DNA of 64,000 nt, from the NCBI GenBank assembly GCA_963733295.1, contig CAVTCS010000003.1, forward strand, positions 2,656,001-2,720,000. Reading direction: 5' to 3'. The translations under genes were made by a program, and so were the position numbers. The notes under the pieces are model-generated. The model had not been told where the DNA came from. It saw only the letters and a program-made list of their open reading frames with translations, and made no database searches. Shown here in pieces: positions 9,655 to 19,286 of this stretch. The DNA comes from Vulcanimicrobiota bacterium. GTDB taxonomy: Bacteria > Vulcanimicrobiota > Vulcanimicrobiia > Vulcanimicrobiales > Vulcanimicrobiaceae. Within the stretch, counting starts at the first letter, position 1. Every line of letters starts with the position of its first letter.

Positions 9655-11109
9655 GTGAACGTTTTTACCTGGATCGAGCAGCGCACGGGCTTCGTCAGTC
9701 TGACCGTCGACTTCCTAACCGAAGACGTGCCGGGCGGCGCGAGCTATTGGTACGTCTTCGGCAGCGCGACGCTCTTCGCGATGATCTTGCAGTTCGTCAC
9801 CGGAATTTTCCTGACGTTCTACTACGCGCCGTCGTCGTCGACGGCGTGGGAATCGACGAACTACATCTATCACAACGTGCCGCTCGGCTGGTTCGTGATC
9901 AGTCTGCACTACTGGGGAGCGACCGCGATGATCGCGCTGCTCTTCATGCACATGCTGCAAGTTCTGGTCTGGGGGGCATACAAAGCGCCGCGCGAGATCA
10001 TGTGGCTCGTCGGGGTGATCCTCTTCATCGTGACGCTCGTGCTCGGGTTGACCGGCTATCTGCTGCCCTGGGACATGAACGCCTATTTCGCTTCGCAGGT
10101 CGCGATCAACATCGCGTCCTCGGCGCCGATCGTGGGCAACGTCATGCAGCAGTTTCTGAGCGGCGGAGCCGGCATGGGAACGTTGACGATCAACCGCTTT
10201 TTCGGCCTGCACGTGTGGCTGATGCCCGCGCTCATCGCGCTCCTGGCCGTCGTGCACTTGATCGTCTTCCGTCACAACGGCTCGGCCGGGCCGCCCACCG
10301 ACCACGAACTTCGCAAGCTGCCGCAAGGCCGTTTCTGGCCCAATCAGATGTTCATGGATGCCTTCGCGTCGTTCGCCGTGTTCGTCGTCATCGTCGTGCT
10401 CTCGATCTTTTCGCCGGCGCCATTCGACGTCAAAGCCGATCCGTCGCAGGCCTTCATCCCGTATCCGGCCTGGTATTTCTTGGCGCTCTACGGAATGCTG
10501 CGCGTCGCCGGACAAGTGCCGGCCGCGCTCGTTCCGACGGCGAACTTACTCGCGACGATCGTCATTCCGACGCTCGTCATCGTGGTGCTCGTCGCACTGC
10601 CTTGGCTCGATCGCAAGCCGAGCCGGCAGCTTCGGCGCCGGACCACCGTGCTCGCAGGCACGGCGATCGTGATGGTGATCGCGGTCGGTCTTTCCGCCTA
10701 CAGTCAGCTCATGGTGCAAAAAGAGCAAGCCGAAACGCCCGCGCCGGTAGCGGCCGCGGCCGCCGCGACGACCGGCGGGAGCACTGCGGCTGCCGGCGGC
10801 GCGGCGATCTACGCGACGAATTGCGCGGGCTGCCACAACGCGGCCGGCACCGGTACGCCCGGCGCGTTCCCGCCGCTCGCCGGCAACGACGTGGTCACCG
10901 GCGATCCCAAAAAGGTCATTCACGTTCTGCTCTACGGATTGAGCGGGCCGCTCGAAGTGAAGGGACAGAAGTTCAACAACGTGATGCCGGCCTGGAAGGG
11001 CACGTTGAAGAACGCCGACATCGCAGCGGTCGCGACCTACATTCGCTCGACGTGGGGCAACAAAGCTTCTGCGGTAACCGAAGCCGAGGTCGCGGGCGTC
11101 CCGAAGTAA
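9655..11109 (+). CDS. qcrB: Cytochrome b(b6-like)-subunit IV-monoheme cytochrome c fusion
   Basis: LHYWGA..MHMLQV, TGYLLPWD, FFGLH..VVH, PAWYF; C-terminal CAGCH with NNVMPAW Met ligand. Confidence 0.92.
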   Translation: MNVFTWIEQRTGFVSLTVDFLTEDVPGGASYWYVFGSATLFAMILQFVTGIFLTFYYAPSSSTAWESTNYIYHNVPLGWFVISLHYWGATAMIALLFMHMLQVLVWGAYKAPREIMWLVGVILFIVTLVLGLTGYLLPWDMNAYFASQVAINIASSAPIVGNVMQQFLSGGAGMGTLTINRFFGLHVWLMPALIALLAVVHLIVFRHNGSAGPPTDHELRKLPQGRFWPNQMFMDAFASFAVFVVIVVLSIFSPAPFDVKADPSQAFIPYPAWYFLALYGMLRVAGQVPAALVPTANLLATIVIPTLVIVVLVALPWLDRKPSRQLRRRTTVLAGTAIVMVIAVGLSAYSQLMVQKEQAETPAPVAAAAAATTGGSTAAAGGAAIYATNCAGCHNAAGTGTPGAFPPLAGNDVVTGDPKKVIHVLLYGLSGPLEVKGQKFNNVMPAWKGTLKNADIAAVATYIRSTWGNKASAVTEAEVAGVPK

Positions 11110-12753
11110 CTATTCGGGCGCGAAGGCCGTCGTGCAGGGCGGTCCGTCGTAGAGATAGAGCACGTCGCCGTCCTCGTGCGCTAGTTCGCGGCGCGAGCGT
11201 CCGTAACTCGGAGGACTCGGCCTGCGTCGCGAGGTGACCACGAACGCGCGCGGCGACCCGCAGATGACGCGCTTGGGATCGCCGTCGCCCGGTCCGCTTT
11301 TGCCGTCGAGCGTTTCGATGCGCGGCTCGGTGTAGAAGAGCAACGCGTACGCACCCGAGACGCCTTGGATCGCGATGGCGTCGCTGGCGCGCCGCTCGCT
11401 TTGAATCACGGCCGCCAGACGCGGAATCGGTTTGAAGCGTTCGACGATCGGCTCGCCGTACAGAACGATGAACGAGATCGAACCCAGGCTCGTCGCTCCG
11501 AGGACGAACGGTGCGAGCCAAGCGACGCGCCGGAACAGCAGCAACGCGAAACAGAGCGACGAGCCGAGAACTATGCAAAGCCCAACGCGAAGCAAGCCGA
11601 CGCGCAGCACCTGCAAGTCGGGCGTCAAGCGGTTGTCGTGCGAGAAAGCCCAAACGGCGATCCCGACGCCCACGAGGGTGAGCGGAAGGAGCGCGGTCCA
11701 GACGAGCGCCGAGCGCCGGTCGCGGCGTTCGACGACGCCGTCGAACCAGAGCGCGGTCAAGATCGCCAGCGCCGGAAATTCGAGCGCGATATAGTTCGGC
11801 AGTTTCGTGCGGGCGAAACTAAAAAATAGGAAGGGCAGCACCGACCACACGAGCGCCAAGCGCGACAGGCCTCCGCCTTCGGAACGCGAGCTACGCAGCG
11901 CTTCGAGCGATGCCGGAAAGAGGTAGACGAACCACGGGAAAAATCCGAGCGCGACGACGGCGCCGTAGTACCAAAGGGGACCCGACTGGTTCTCGATGAT
12001 GTCGAGATAGCGCCCGACGGTGTAGTGTCCGATCAATTCGCCGAACGCGCTCGGACCGGCCGCACTCCACATGGCGAGAGTCCAAGGCGCCAAGACCAGC
12101 GCGAAGAGCCCGATTCCCGCAATCCACGCGCGCGGCGAGGGCGCGGTCAGGCGGCTGCCGGCCGAACGCTCCCAAAACGCCCACACGCCGATCACGAGCG
12201 CGACGATCACCAGCGCTACCGGGCCCTTGGCGAGCGTTCCGAACGCAAGTGCCAGCCAGCCGAGGAGCCAGAGCCGGCCGTCGCGGATGCGAAGTGCTCC
12301 GAACCACGCCAGAATCGCGACGGCGACCGCAAGATCGAGCAGAGCGTCCATGATCGCAAGCCGCCCGACGATCGCCTCCATCAGTGACGTCGACAGCACG
12401 AGCGCGGCGAGTAAACCCGCCCTGGGCCCGTTCAAGCGCGCGACGACGTAGGCGACGACCGCGCCGCTCGAGATGGTCGCCAACGCCGACGGCAGCCGCA
12501 ACGCAAAAGGCGTCGCTCCGAAAACGTGCGCCAGTGCGGCGGCGATCCAAAAGTAGAGCGGCGGTTGAACGAACCACGCCTGCCCGTTCAGGTGCATGAC
12601 GACCGGATCGCCGTAGATCAGGATCTCACGTGCTACTTCGCCGTACGCGGTCTCGCTGTTGTCCCAAAGAGTGCCGACGCCGAGTCCCGGAAGCGTCGCC
12701 GCGGCGGCGATCAGGCCTCCGACTAGCGCCGCCCGTCCCGCCGCCGAAATCAC
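11110..12753 (-). CDS. ArnT/PMT-family (GT83/GT39) glycosyltransferase
   Basis: LWDNSETAYGEVARE, QPPLYFW, LRLPSAL, LAKGPV, RTKLPNYI; many TMs. Confidence 0.88.
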   Translation of the reverse strand: MISAAGRAALVGGLIAAAATLPGLGVGTLWDNSETAYGEVAREILIYGDPVVMHLNGQAWFVQPPLYFWIAAALAHVFGATPFALRLPSALATISSGAVVAYVVARLNGPRAGLLAALVLSTSLMEAIVGRLAIMDALLDLAVAVAILAWFGALRIRDGRLWLLGWLALAFGTLAKGPVALVIVALVIGVWAFWERSAGSRLTAPSPRAWIAGIGLFALVLAPWTLAMWSAAGPSAFGELIGHYTVGRYLDIIENQSGPLWYYGAVVALGFFPWFVYLFPASLEALRSSRSEGGGLSRLALVWSVLPFLFFSFARTKLPNYIALEFPALAILTALWFDGVVERRDRRSALVWTALLPLTLVGVGIAVWAFSHDNRLTPDLQVLRVGLLRVGLCIVLGSSLCFALLLFRRVAWLAPFVLGATSLGSISFIVLYGEPIVERFKPIPRLAAVIQSERRASDAIAIQGVSGAYALLFYTEPRIETLDGKSGPGDGDPKRVICGSPRAFVVTSRRRPSPPSYGRSRRELAHEDGDVLYLYDGPPCTTAFAPE

Positions 12754-12908
12754 GGTCTCCAGGTTGGCACACGAAGCGAAATCTCCCGCGGATGGTTGGG
12801 TGGGGTCCGCGGGCGGCGGGCGCCGAAGCCCATTCGGTGGCGTCCCTGCGAAATTCCGAGAAATACCCGAGCGCGCTCGAGCGGCAGGTGTCGCCGGAGG
12901 GCGGCGCC

Positions 12909-14216
12909 CTGGCAGCGAGCGACTTCGTCAGCGCGGTCTGCGCGACGCGCTCGAGCGCGCTCGCAATGTGGCAGACGCGTCACGTCATGGCGCAACTGGC
13001 CCGCGCCGGCATCGTCTCGACGGTGCTGCAGATTTCGACGAAGGGGGACGTCTGGCTCGACCGCCCGCTGGCAGCGCTCGGCAGCGACGGCGTCTTCATC
13101 AAAGAGCTGGAACTGGCGCTGCGCGAACGGCGCGCCGACTACGCCGTTCACTCGTGCAAGGATTTGCCGAGTACGCTCCCCGGCGACATGCAGCTTGCCG
13201 CGGTCGGCCCGCGCGAGGATCCGCGCGACGCGTTCTGTTCGGAAATGTATCCGTCGTTCGACGATCTTCCGCCCGGTGCGGTGATCGGCACCTCGAGCCC
13301 GCGCCGCCGAGCGCAACTCGGCGCGCTGCGACCCGACTTGCGTTACGAGACGATCCGCGGCAACGTCGACACGCGCTTGCGAAAGCTTCGCGAAGGTCAA
13401 TACGACGCGATCGTGCTCGCCAGAGCCGGCTTGCTGCGCCTGGGTCTCGGCGCAAAGCACGTCGAGCCGTTCGACGCGAGCGTTCTCGTGCCGGCCGTCG
13501 CGCAGGGTGCGCTCGCAATCGAGACGCGCGCCGGCGATCCGCTCGCCGCTCGCGTTCGAGAAGCTTTCAACGATCCGCTTAGCGAGTTGAGCGTCCGCGC
13601 CGAACGCGCTTTCTTGCACGCGTTGCGCGGTGGCTGCGAAGCGCCGGTCGGGGCCTACTCAACGGTCTCGGGCGAGACGCTGCGGCTTCGCGCGGCCATC
13701 GCGGCACCCGACGGCTCGAGCATCGTGCGCCGCGACGTCGTCGTCGAGACGCTCGAGGCGAGCCGGGTCGAAGTCTGGGCCGCTCAGCTCGCGCACGAGA
13801 TGCTGGCGGCCGGCGGAGCCGCGCTGCTCGCCGCGGCGCGGCCGCAAGCTCTGGACGGCCGCATTTTTCTGGTGGCGCGCGCGGGGGAACGCTCGCGGCG
13901 AGTAGCGCCCGCGCTGCGCGGTGCCGGCGCGGAAGTCATCGAAGCGGGTAGCAGCGACGATGCCGAGCTCGCGCTGGGCGGGCGCACGCCCCACGTGCTC
14001 CTGTTCGCATCGAGCGCTTCGGTCCGCGCGATCGCCGCGTACCTCGAACGACTGCGCGCTCGCGACGCGAAACCGATCGTCGCGACGCTCGGCGCGGCGT
14101 CGAGCGCGGCGGCGCGCGCCGCAGGCTTTCCACCCGACGTCGTCGCGCCCGGCGAAGGCATCGCGGACTTCGTTGCGAGCGTCACCCATCACGTCACCGG
14201 AAGGAGCGCCTCATGA
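12909..14216 (+). CDS. hemC: Hydroxymethylbilane synthase with C-terminal partial HemD domain; start uncertain (CTG 12909 or GTG 12888)
   Basis: ATRSSALAMWQ, GVFIKELE, AVHSCKDLP, GTSSPRR, IRGNVDTRL, cofactor Cys in GGCEAPVG. Confidence 0.93.
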   Translation: MAASDFVSAVCATRSSALAMWQTRHVMAQLARAGIVSTVLQISTKGDVWLDRPLAALGSDGVFIKELELALRERRADYAVHSCKDLPSTLPGDMQLAAVGPREDPRDAFCSEMYPSFDDLPPGAVIGTSSPRRRAQLGALRPDLRYETIRGNVDTRLRKLREGQYDAIVLARAGLLRLGLGAKHVEPFDASVLVPAVAQGALAIETRAGDPLAARVREAFNDPLSELSVRAERAFLHALRGGCEAPVGAYSTVSGETLRLRAAIAAPDGSSIVRRDVVVETLEASRVEVWAAQLAHEMLAAGGAALLAAARPQALDGRIFLVARAGERSRRVAPALRGAGAEVIEAGSSDDAELALGGRTPHVLLFASSASVRAIAAYLERLRARDAKPIVATLGAASSAAARAAGFPPDVVAPGEGIADFVASVTHHVTGRSAS

Positions 14217-15223
14217 GCGTTACCGAGTTGTTGCGCCCGCGCGCGCTGGTCGATCTCGCCAAACGCCCGCGGCGCCTGCGTTCGAGTCCGGCCATGCGCG
14301 AATTGGTGCGCGAAACCGAGGTACGCGTCGCAAGCCTCGTGCAACCCATCTTCATCGCCGGCGACACGCAAACCCGAGGCGAGATCGCGAGCATGCCCGG
14401 CATTTTCCGTCACTCGGTCGAGAGCGCGGTCGGCGAGTGCCGGGAGCTGGCGGCGCTCGGCATCAAGGCGGTGCTGCTCTTCGGAATTCCGGATTTCAAG
14501 GACGCGGTCGCATCTTCGAACCACGCGCCCGACGGCGTCGTCCAGCGCGCGATTCGTGCGATCAAGCGCGACGTTCCGGAGATGTTGACGATCGCCGACC
14601 TGTGCAATTGCGAATACACCGACCACGGTCACTGCGGCGTCCTCGACGAACGCGGCGACGTCGACAACGACGCGACCCTGGAGTTGCTCGCGCGAACGGC
14701 CTTTTCGTACGCGGAGGCCGGCGTCGACGTGATCGCACCGTCCGATATGATGGACGGACGCATCGGCTATCTGCGGGGCGCGCTCGACGCTTCGGGATAC
14801 TCCGCCCTTCCGATCATGTCGTACGCCGTCAAGTTCGCTTCGGCGTTCTACGGACCGTTTCGCGATGCGGCCGACTCGACGCCGCAATTCGGCGACCGGC
14901 ACACCTATCAGATGGATCCTTCAAATGGCCGCGAGGCGCTGCGCGAAGCCCTGCTCGACCTCGACGAAGGGGCCGATTTTCTGATCGTCAAGCCCGCGCT
15001 CGCCTACATGGACCTCATTCGAGCGGTGCGCGAAATCTCGGACGTTCCGGTCGCCTGCTATAACGTGAGCGGCGAGTACGCGATGGTCAAGGCGGCCGCC
15101 GGCAACGGCTGGATCGACGAGGCTCGCATCGTCGATGAGATGCTCGTGGGGTTCGCGCGCGCGGGCGCCGACATCATCATCACGTACTTCGCCAAGTCGT
15201 ACGCGGCACGTCAGCGTACGTGA
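14213..15223 (+). CDS. hemB: Porphobilinogen synthase (Zn-type)
   Basis: RPRRLR, DLCNCEYTDHGHCG, APSDMMDGR, SAFYGPFRDA, IVKPA. Confidence 0.97.
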   Translation: MSVTELLRPRALVDLAKRPRRLRSSPAMRELVRETEVRVASLVQPIFIAGDTQTRGEIASMPGIFRHSVESAVGECRELAALGIKAVLLFGIPDFKDAVASSNHAPDGVVQRAIRAIKRDVPEMLTIADLCNCEYTDHGHCGVLDERGDVDNDATLELLARTAFSYAEAGVDVIAPSDMMDGRIGYLRGALDASGYSALPIMSYAVKFASAFYGPFRDAADSTPQFGDRHTYQMDPSNGREALREALLDLDEGADFLIVKPALAYMDLIRAVREISDVPVACYNVSGEYAMVKAAAGNGWIDEARIVDEMLVGFARAGADIIITYFAKSYAARQRT

Positions 15224-15816
15224 TTGCGGGCGTCGCGATCTTAGCCGGAGGCGAAGCGACGCGCCTGCCCGGAAAGCTCGAGTTGCCTGCCGGCGACGTT
15301 CCGCTCGTTTTGCGCGTCTTGCGCAACGTGCGTCCGGGGCGTGAGACCGTCATCGCTTGCAAGGGTTCGTTTTCGCGCGCGCTCGACGCGCAGCTCGACG
15401 TGCCGCTGGTGGTCGACCGCTGGAGCCGGCAAGGTCCGCTGAGCGGCTTGCTCTCGGCGCTCGCGGTGCTCCGCTGCGAGCGCGTCTTCGCGCTGGCCGG
15501 CGACGCGCCGTTCGTCGATGGAGCATTTCTCGAGCGCTTGGAAGCCGCGTGGCTTCCGGGCGACGAAGCCGTCGTGCCCATCCGTCTGGTCGAAGGCTCC
15601 CCCCAACTCGAACCGCTCTGCGCGCTGTACGAGCGCAAGGCGGTGCTGCGCGAAGGCTCCGCGATCGTGCGCTCGGAAGGCGGCTCGCTGCGCGCGCTCG
15701 TTCGGCGCTTGCAAGCGCGTTTCGTACAGGTCGACGAAACGCTCGTTTTCCGTAACGTCAACACCGCCTCGCAGTACGCCGAATTGGGCGCCGAACTCGC
15801 ACGGAGACCCGCATGA
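15220..15816 (+). CDS. mobA: Molybdenum cofactor guanylyltransferase-like nucleotidyltransferase
   Basis: ILAGGEATRL.GK, GPLSGL, AGDAPFV, EPLCALY, FRNVNT. Confidence 0.85.
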   Translation: MIAGVAILAGGEATRLPGKLELPAGDVPLVLRVLRNVRPGRETVIACKGSFSRALDAQLDVPLVVDRWSRQGPLSGLLSALAVLRCERVFALAGDAPFVDGAFLERLEAAWLPGDEAVVPIRLVEGSPQLEPLCALYERKAVLREGSAIVRSEGGSLRALVRRLQARFVQVDETLVFRNVNTASQYAELGAELARRPA

Positions 15817-17108
15817 ATTTCGAACGGAGCCTTTCCGCGTTTACGCGCGCCAAGAAGGTCACGCCGGGCGGAGTCAATTCCCCGGTGCGCGCCTTCAAGG
15901 CCGTCGGCGGGAGCCCGATCTTCGTCAAATCGGCGCAAGGTTGCATCATCACGGACCTCGACGACAACGCCTACATCGACTACGTGATGTCGTGGGGACC
16001 GCTCGTGCTCGGCCACGCTCATCCCGCAGTCGTGAGAGCGGTGCAGAACGCAGTCTCGCGCGGGACCTCGTACGGCGCTCCGACCGAAGCGGAGAGCGAA
16101 CTCGCGGAGCTCGTGTGCGCGATGGTTCCTTCGGTCGAAAAGATTCGCTTCTGCTCGAGCGGGACCGAAGCGACGATGAGCGCGCTGCGCTTGGCCCGCG
16201 CCGCGACGAAACGCGACAAGCTCGTCAAGTTTGCGGGTTGCTATCACGGACACGCCGACGCATTTTTGATTTCGGCGGGCAGCGGCGCACTCACGCTGGG
16301 AACTCCGGATTCCCCCGGGATCACGCGCGGCACGGTGAGCGACACGATTTCGCTTCCTTACAACGACCTCGACGCACTGCGCGCGGCCTTCGAGGCGGAG
16401 AAGGGCGCGATCGCCTGCGTCATCGTCGAACCCTATGCCGGAAACATGGGGCTCGTGCTGCCGAAGCCCGGCTTCCTGGCCGGTTTGCGCGAACTGACCC
16501 GGCAGTACGGCGCGCTCTTGATCTTCGACGAGGTGATGACCGGTTTTCGCGTCGCGCCGGGTGGCGCTCAGGAGCGCGAAGGCGTGCTGCCGGACTTGAC
16601 GACGCTGGGAAAGATCATCGGCGGCGGCCTCCCCGTCGGCGCGGTCGGCGGCAGGGCCGACATCATGGACCAACTCTCGCCGCTCGGCGCGGTTTACCAA
16701 GCCGGCACGCTCTCGGGCAATCCGCTCGCGATGGCCGCCGGAATCGCCACCCTGCGCGCGTTGCGCGAACCGGGAGTCTACGAACGGCTCGAAGCTGCCG
16801 GCGCGCGCTTTTCCGGCGGTCTCGCGGCGCTCTTGGAGCGGCACCGCATTCCGCACCGTTCGGCGCAGCGCGGTTCGATGGTCGGCTGCTTCTTCACGAG
16901 CGAACCGGTTTTCGACCTGGCCGGCGCGCGAACGAGCGACACCGCGTTCTACGCGCGCTTCTTTCACGCGATGCTCGAACGCGGCGTCTACCTCGCTCCC
17001 TCGCAGTTCGAGGCCGGCTTCTTGAGCCTGGCGCATAGCGACGGCGCGATCGACGACAGCTTGACGGCAGCCGGCGACGCGCTTGAGTCGCTCGTCGCGA
17101 GCGTGTAG
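15813..17108 (+). CDS. hemL: Glutamate-1-semialdehyde 2,1-aminomutase
   Basis: PGGVNSPVRAF, SGTEATMSA, FDEVMTGFR, GKIIGGGLPVG, YQAGTLSGNP. Confidence 0.97.
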   Translation: MNFERSLSAFTRAKKVTPGGVNSPVRAFKAVGGSPIFVKSAQGCIITDLDDNAYIDYVMSWGPLVLGHAHPAVVRAVQNAVSRGTSYGAPTEAESELAELVCAMVPSVEKIRFCSSGTEATMSALRLARAATKRDKLVKFAGCYHGHADAFLISAGSGALTLGTPDSPGITRGTVSDTISLPYNDLDALRAAFEAEKGAIACVIVEPYAGNMGLVLPKPGFLAGLRELTRQYGALLIFDEVMTGFRVAPGGAQEREGVLPDLTTLGKIIGGGLPVGAVGGRADIMDQLSPLGAVYQAGTLSGNPLAMAAGIATLRALREPGVYERLEAAGARFSGGLAALLERHRIPHRSAQRGSMVGCFFTSEPVFDLAGARTSDTAFYARFFHAMLERGVYLAPSQFEAGFLSLAHSDGAIDDSLTAAGDALESLVASV

Positions 17109-17171
17109 CGGACCTCCTCGCCCGGGGCGTCCCGAGGTTCGCTCGTCCCGGGCCGGGAATCGACCCGTAAA

Positions 17172-18509
17172 ATGCCGCTAGTCTGCCTCGGCCTGTCCCA
17201 CAAAACGGCTCCCGTCGACGTCCGGGAGCGCCACGCGTTCCCGAGCTCGCGCATGGTCGAGGCTCTCATCGCTCTGCACGACTACGACCACGTGCGCGAA
17301 GCCGCCATGCTCTCGACCTGCGGCCGGCTCGAGATCTATGCCGAACTCGACGACTACGAAGCGGGCGTCGAACAGGTCAAGGCCTTCCTCCATAACTTCC
17401 GTCACGGCGACGTGCAGCACGACATGGACTCGTACATGTACACGTTGCTCGGAGCGCAGGCGAGCGAACATCTCTTCCGCGTCGCGACGGGCTTGGATTC
17501 GATGCTGATCGGCGAAGCCGAGATCCTCGGCCAAGTCAAGGACGCGTACGTCCAAGCTCAGAAGGCGCGCTCGCTCGGCAAGTCGCTCCACGCACTGTTT
17601 CGCGAAGCGCTCAAAGCCGGCAAAGAAGCGCGCTCGACCACCGGAATCGGCGGCGAGTCGGTCAGCGTTGCGACCGCCGCGATCGACTTGGCGAAGGCGA
17701 AGCTCGGAGAGCTCACCGGCAAAACGGTGCTCGTCGTGGGCGCCGGCAAGATGGGCGCGACCGCGGCGAAGCGGCTGCGCCTCGAAGGCTGCGCCGAACT
17801 GCTCGTCGCGAACCGCACGCGCGAGCGAGCCCGCAACGTCGTCGAAGCGCTGGGAACGGGGACGGCGCTCGAACTGCCGGTGCTCGTCGACGCGCTGCGT
17901 CGCGCCGACATCGTCGTCACCTCAACGGGAGCCGCGCATTTTCTGCTGACGCGGGACAACGTTGGCGAAGCGATGCAGGTTCGCCCGGACCGTCCGCTGT
18001 TCATCGTCGACATCGCGGTCCCGCGCGACGTCGATCCGGAGGTCGCGCAGATCCCCGGCGTCGGCGTGGCGGACATCGATGCGCTCAAGGGTCTCGTCGA
18101 GGTGAGCATCGAGCATCGCCGCCGCGCTATTCCGCTCGTCGAAGAGATCGTCGGCGAGCATCTCGAGCGCTATTCGCGCTGGTATCAGGCGCGCGTCGCG
18201 GTTCCCGTCGTCGCGTCGCTGGTGCAAAAAGCCGAAGCGGTGCGGGAAGCCGAAATCGAGCGGCTCTTCAGCCGCTGCCCCGACCTGACCGAGCGCGAAC
18301 GCATGCTGATCACGGGCGCGTCGATGACCATCATCTCGAAGCTATTGCACACCGTGGTCACCCGAACGCGCGAGCGCGCGACGGGCAGCCGCGACGAAGC
18401 CCTCGCGATCTCGCAGCTGCTCGACGACCTGTTCGACCTGCGCCTGCGCGAGCGCGAGTTCGCGGCGGCGGCGCGCGACCCGGTCTTGGAGACCGAAGCG
18501 ATCGAGTGA
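17172..18509 (+). CDS. hemA: Glutamyl-tRNA reductase
   Basis: GLSHKTAPV, LSTCGRLE (catalytic Cys), GLDSMLIGE.EILGQVK, GAGKMG, DIAVPRDV. Confidence 0.97.
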   Translation: MPLVCLGLSHKTAPVDVRERHAFPSSRMVEALIALHDYDHVREAAMLSTCGRLEIYAELDDYEAGVEQVKAFLHNFRHGDVQHDMDSYMYTLLGAQASEHLFRVATGLDSMLIGEAEILGQVKDAYVQAQKARSLGKSLHALFREALKAGKEARSTTGIGGESVSVATAAIDLAKAKLGELTGKTVLVVGAGKMGATAAKRLRLEGCAELLVANRTRERARNVVEALGTGTALELPVLVDALRRADIVVTSTGAAHFLLTRDNVGEAMQVRPDRPLFIVDIAVPRDVDPEVAQIPGVGVADIDALKGLVEVSIEHRRRAIPLVEEIVGEHLERYSRWYQARVAVPVVASLVQKAEAVREAEIERLFSRCPDLTERERMLITGASMTIISKLLHTVVTRTRERATGSRDEALAISQLLDDLFDLRLREREFAAAARDPVLETEAIE

Positions 18510-19273
18510 ACGCCGGACCGCTGTCGGGCAAGAAGGTTCTGATCACGCGGCCGGCGCCGAACGACGAGTTTGTCGCGAAACTGCGGGAAGCGGGAGCCGA
18601 GCCGTTGCCGGCACCGACGATCGCCATCGGGCCGCCCGACGACGAAGCCGGCGCCGACCTCGGCGTGCGCATCGTCGAGACCTACGCCTGGATCGTGTTC
18701 ACCAGCCAAAACGGCGTGACGGCTTTCTTCGAGCGCGTCCGGAAACACGGCCGAGACGCGCGCGCGCTCGGCGATACGCTCGTCGCCGCGATCGGGCCGA
18801 AGACCGCGCAAAGTCTTCTCGGTCACGGGATCCGAGCCGATTTCGTGCCGGCACGTTTCGTCAGCGAAGAAGTTGCGGCCGGACTTCTCGAACGCACGCA
18901 GCCGGGCGAACGCATCTCGATCTACGGCGCTCAAGACGCGCGCGAGGTGCTTGCCGAAACGCTGCGTGAGGCGGGTCGCAGCGTCGACGTCTACGCGGCT
19001 TACAAGACCTCACCGATTCTCGACCCGGCCATAGCGGAACTCGCCCGGCAAGCCGACATCTGGACCTTCGCCAGCGCGAGCAGCGTTCGCGCGCTCGTCG
19101 CCAACCTGCCCGGCGCTGCATCGCTCTCGCATGGGAAGATCGTCGCGTGCATCGGCCCCGTGACCGCCGAAGCCGCGCGCGAAGCGGGCTTGGAAGTGCA
19201 GTTCGTGGCCGAGGATTCGACCCTCGAAGGTCTGATCGAGACCCTGTCGCAGACGGCAACGGCTACGGCGTAG
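18506..19273 (+). CDS. hemD: Uroporphyrinogen-III synthase
   Basis: VLITRP, WIVFTSQNGV, AIGPKTA, VYAAY, FASASSV, CIGPVTA. Confidence 0.92.
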   Translation: MNAGPLSGKKVLITRPAPNDEFVAKLREAGAEPLPAPTIAIGPPDDEAGADLGVRIVETYAWIVFTSQNGVTAFFERVRKHGRDARALGDTLVAAIGPKTAQSLLGHGIRADFVPARFVSEEVAAGLLERTQPGERISIYGAQDAREVLAETLREAGRSVDVYAAYKTSPILDPAIAELARQADIWTFASASSVRALVANLPGAASLSHGKIVACIGPVTAEAAREAGLEVQFVAEDSTLEGLIETLSQTATATA

Positions 19274-19286
19274 CGACCGCATTCGC

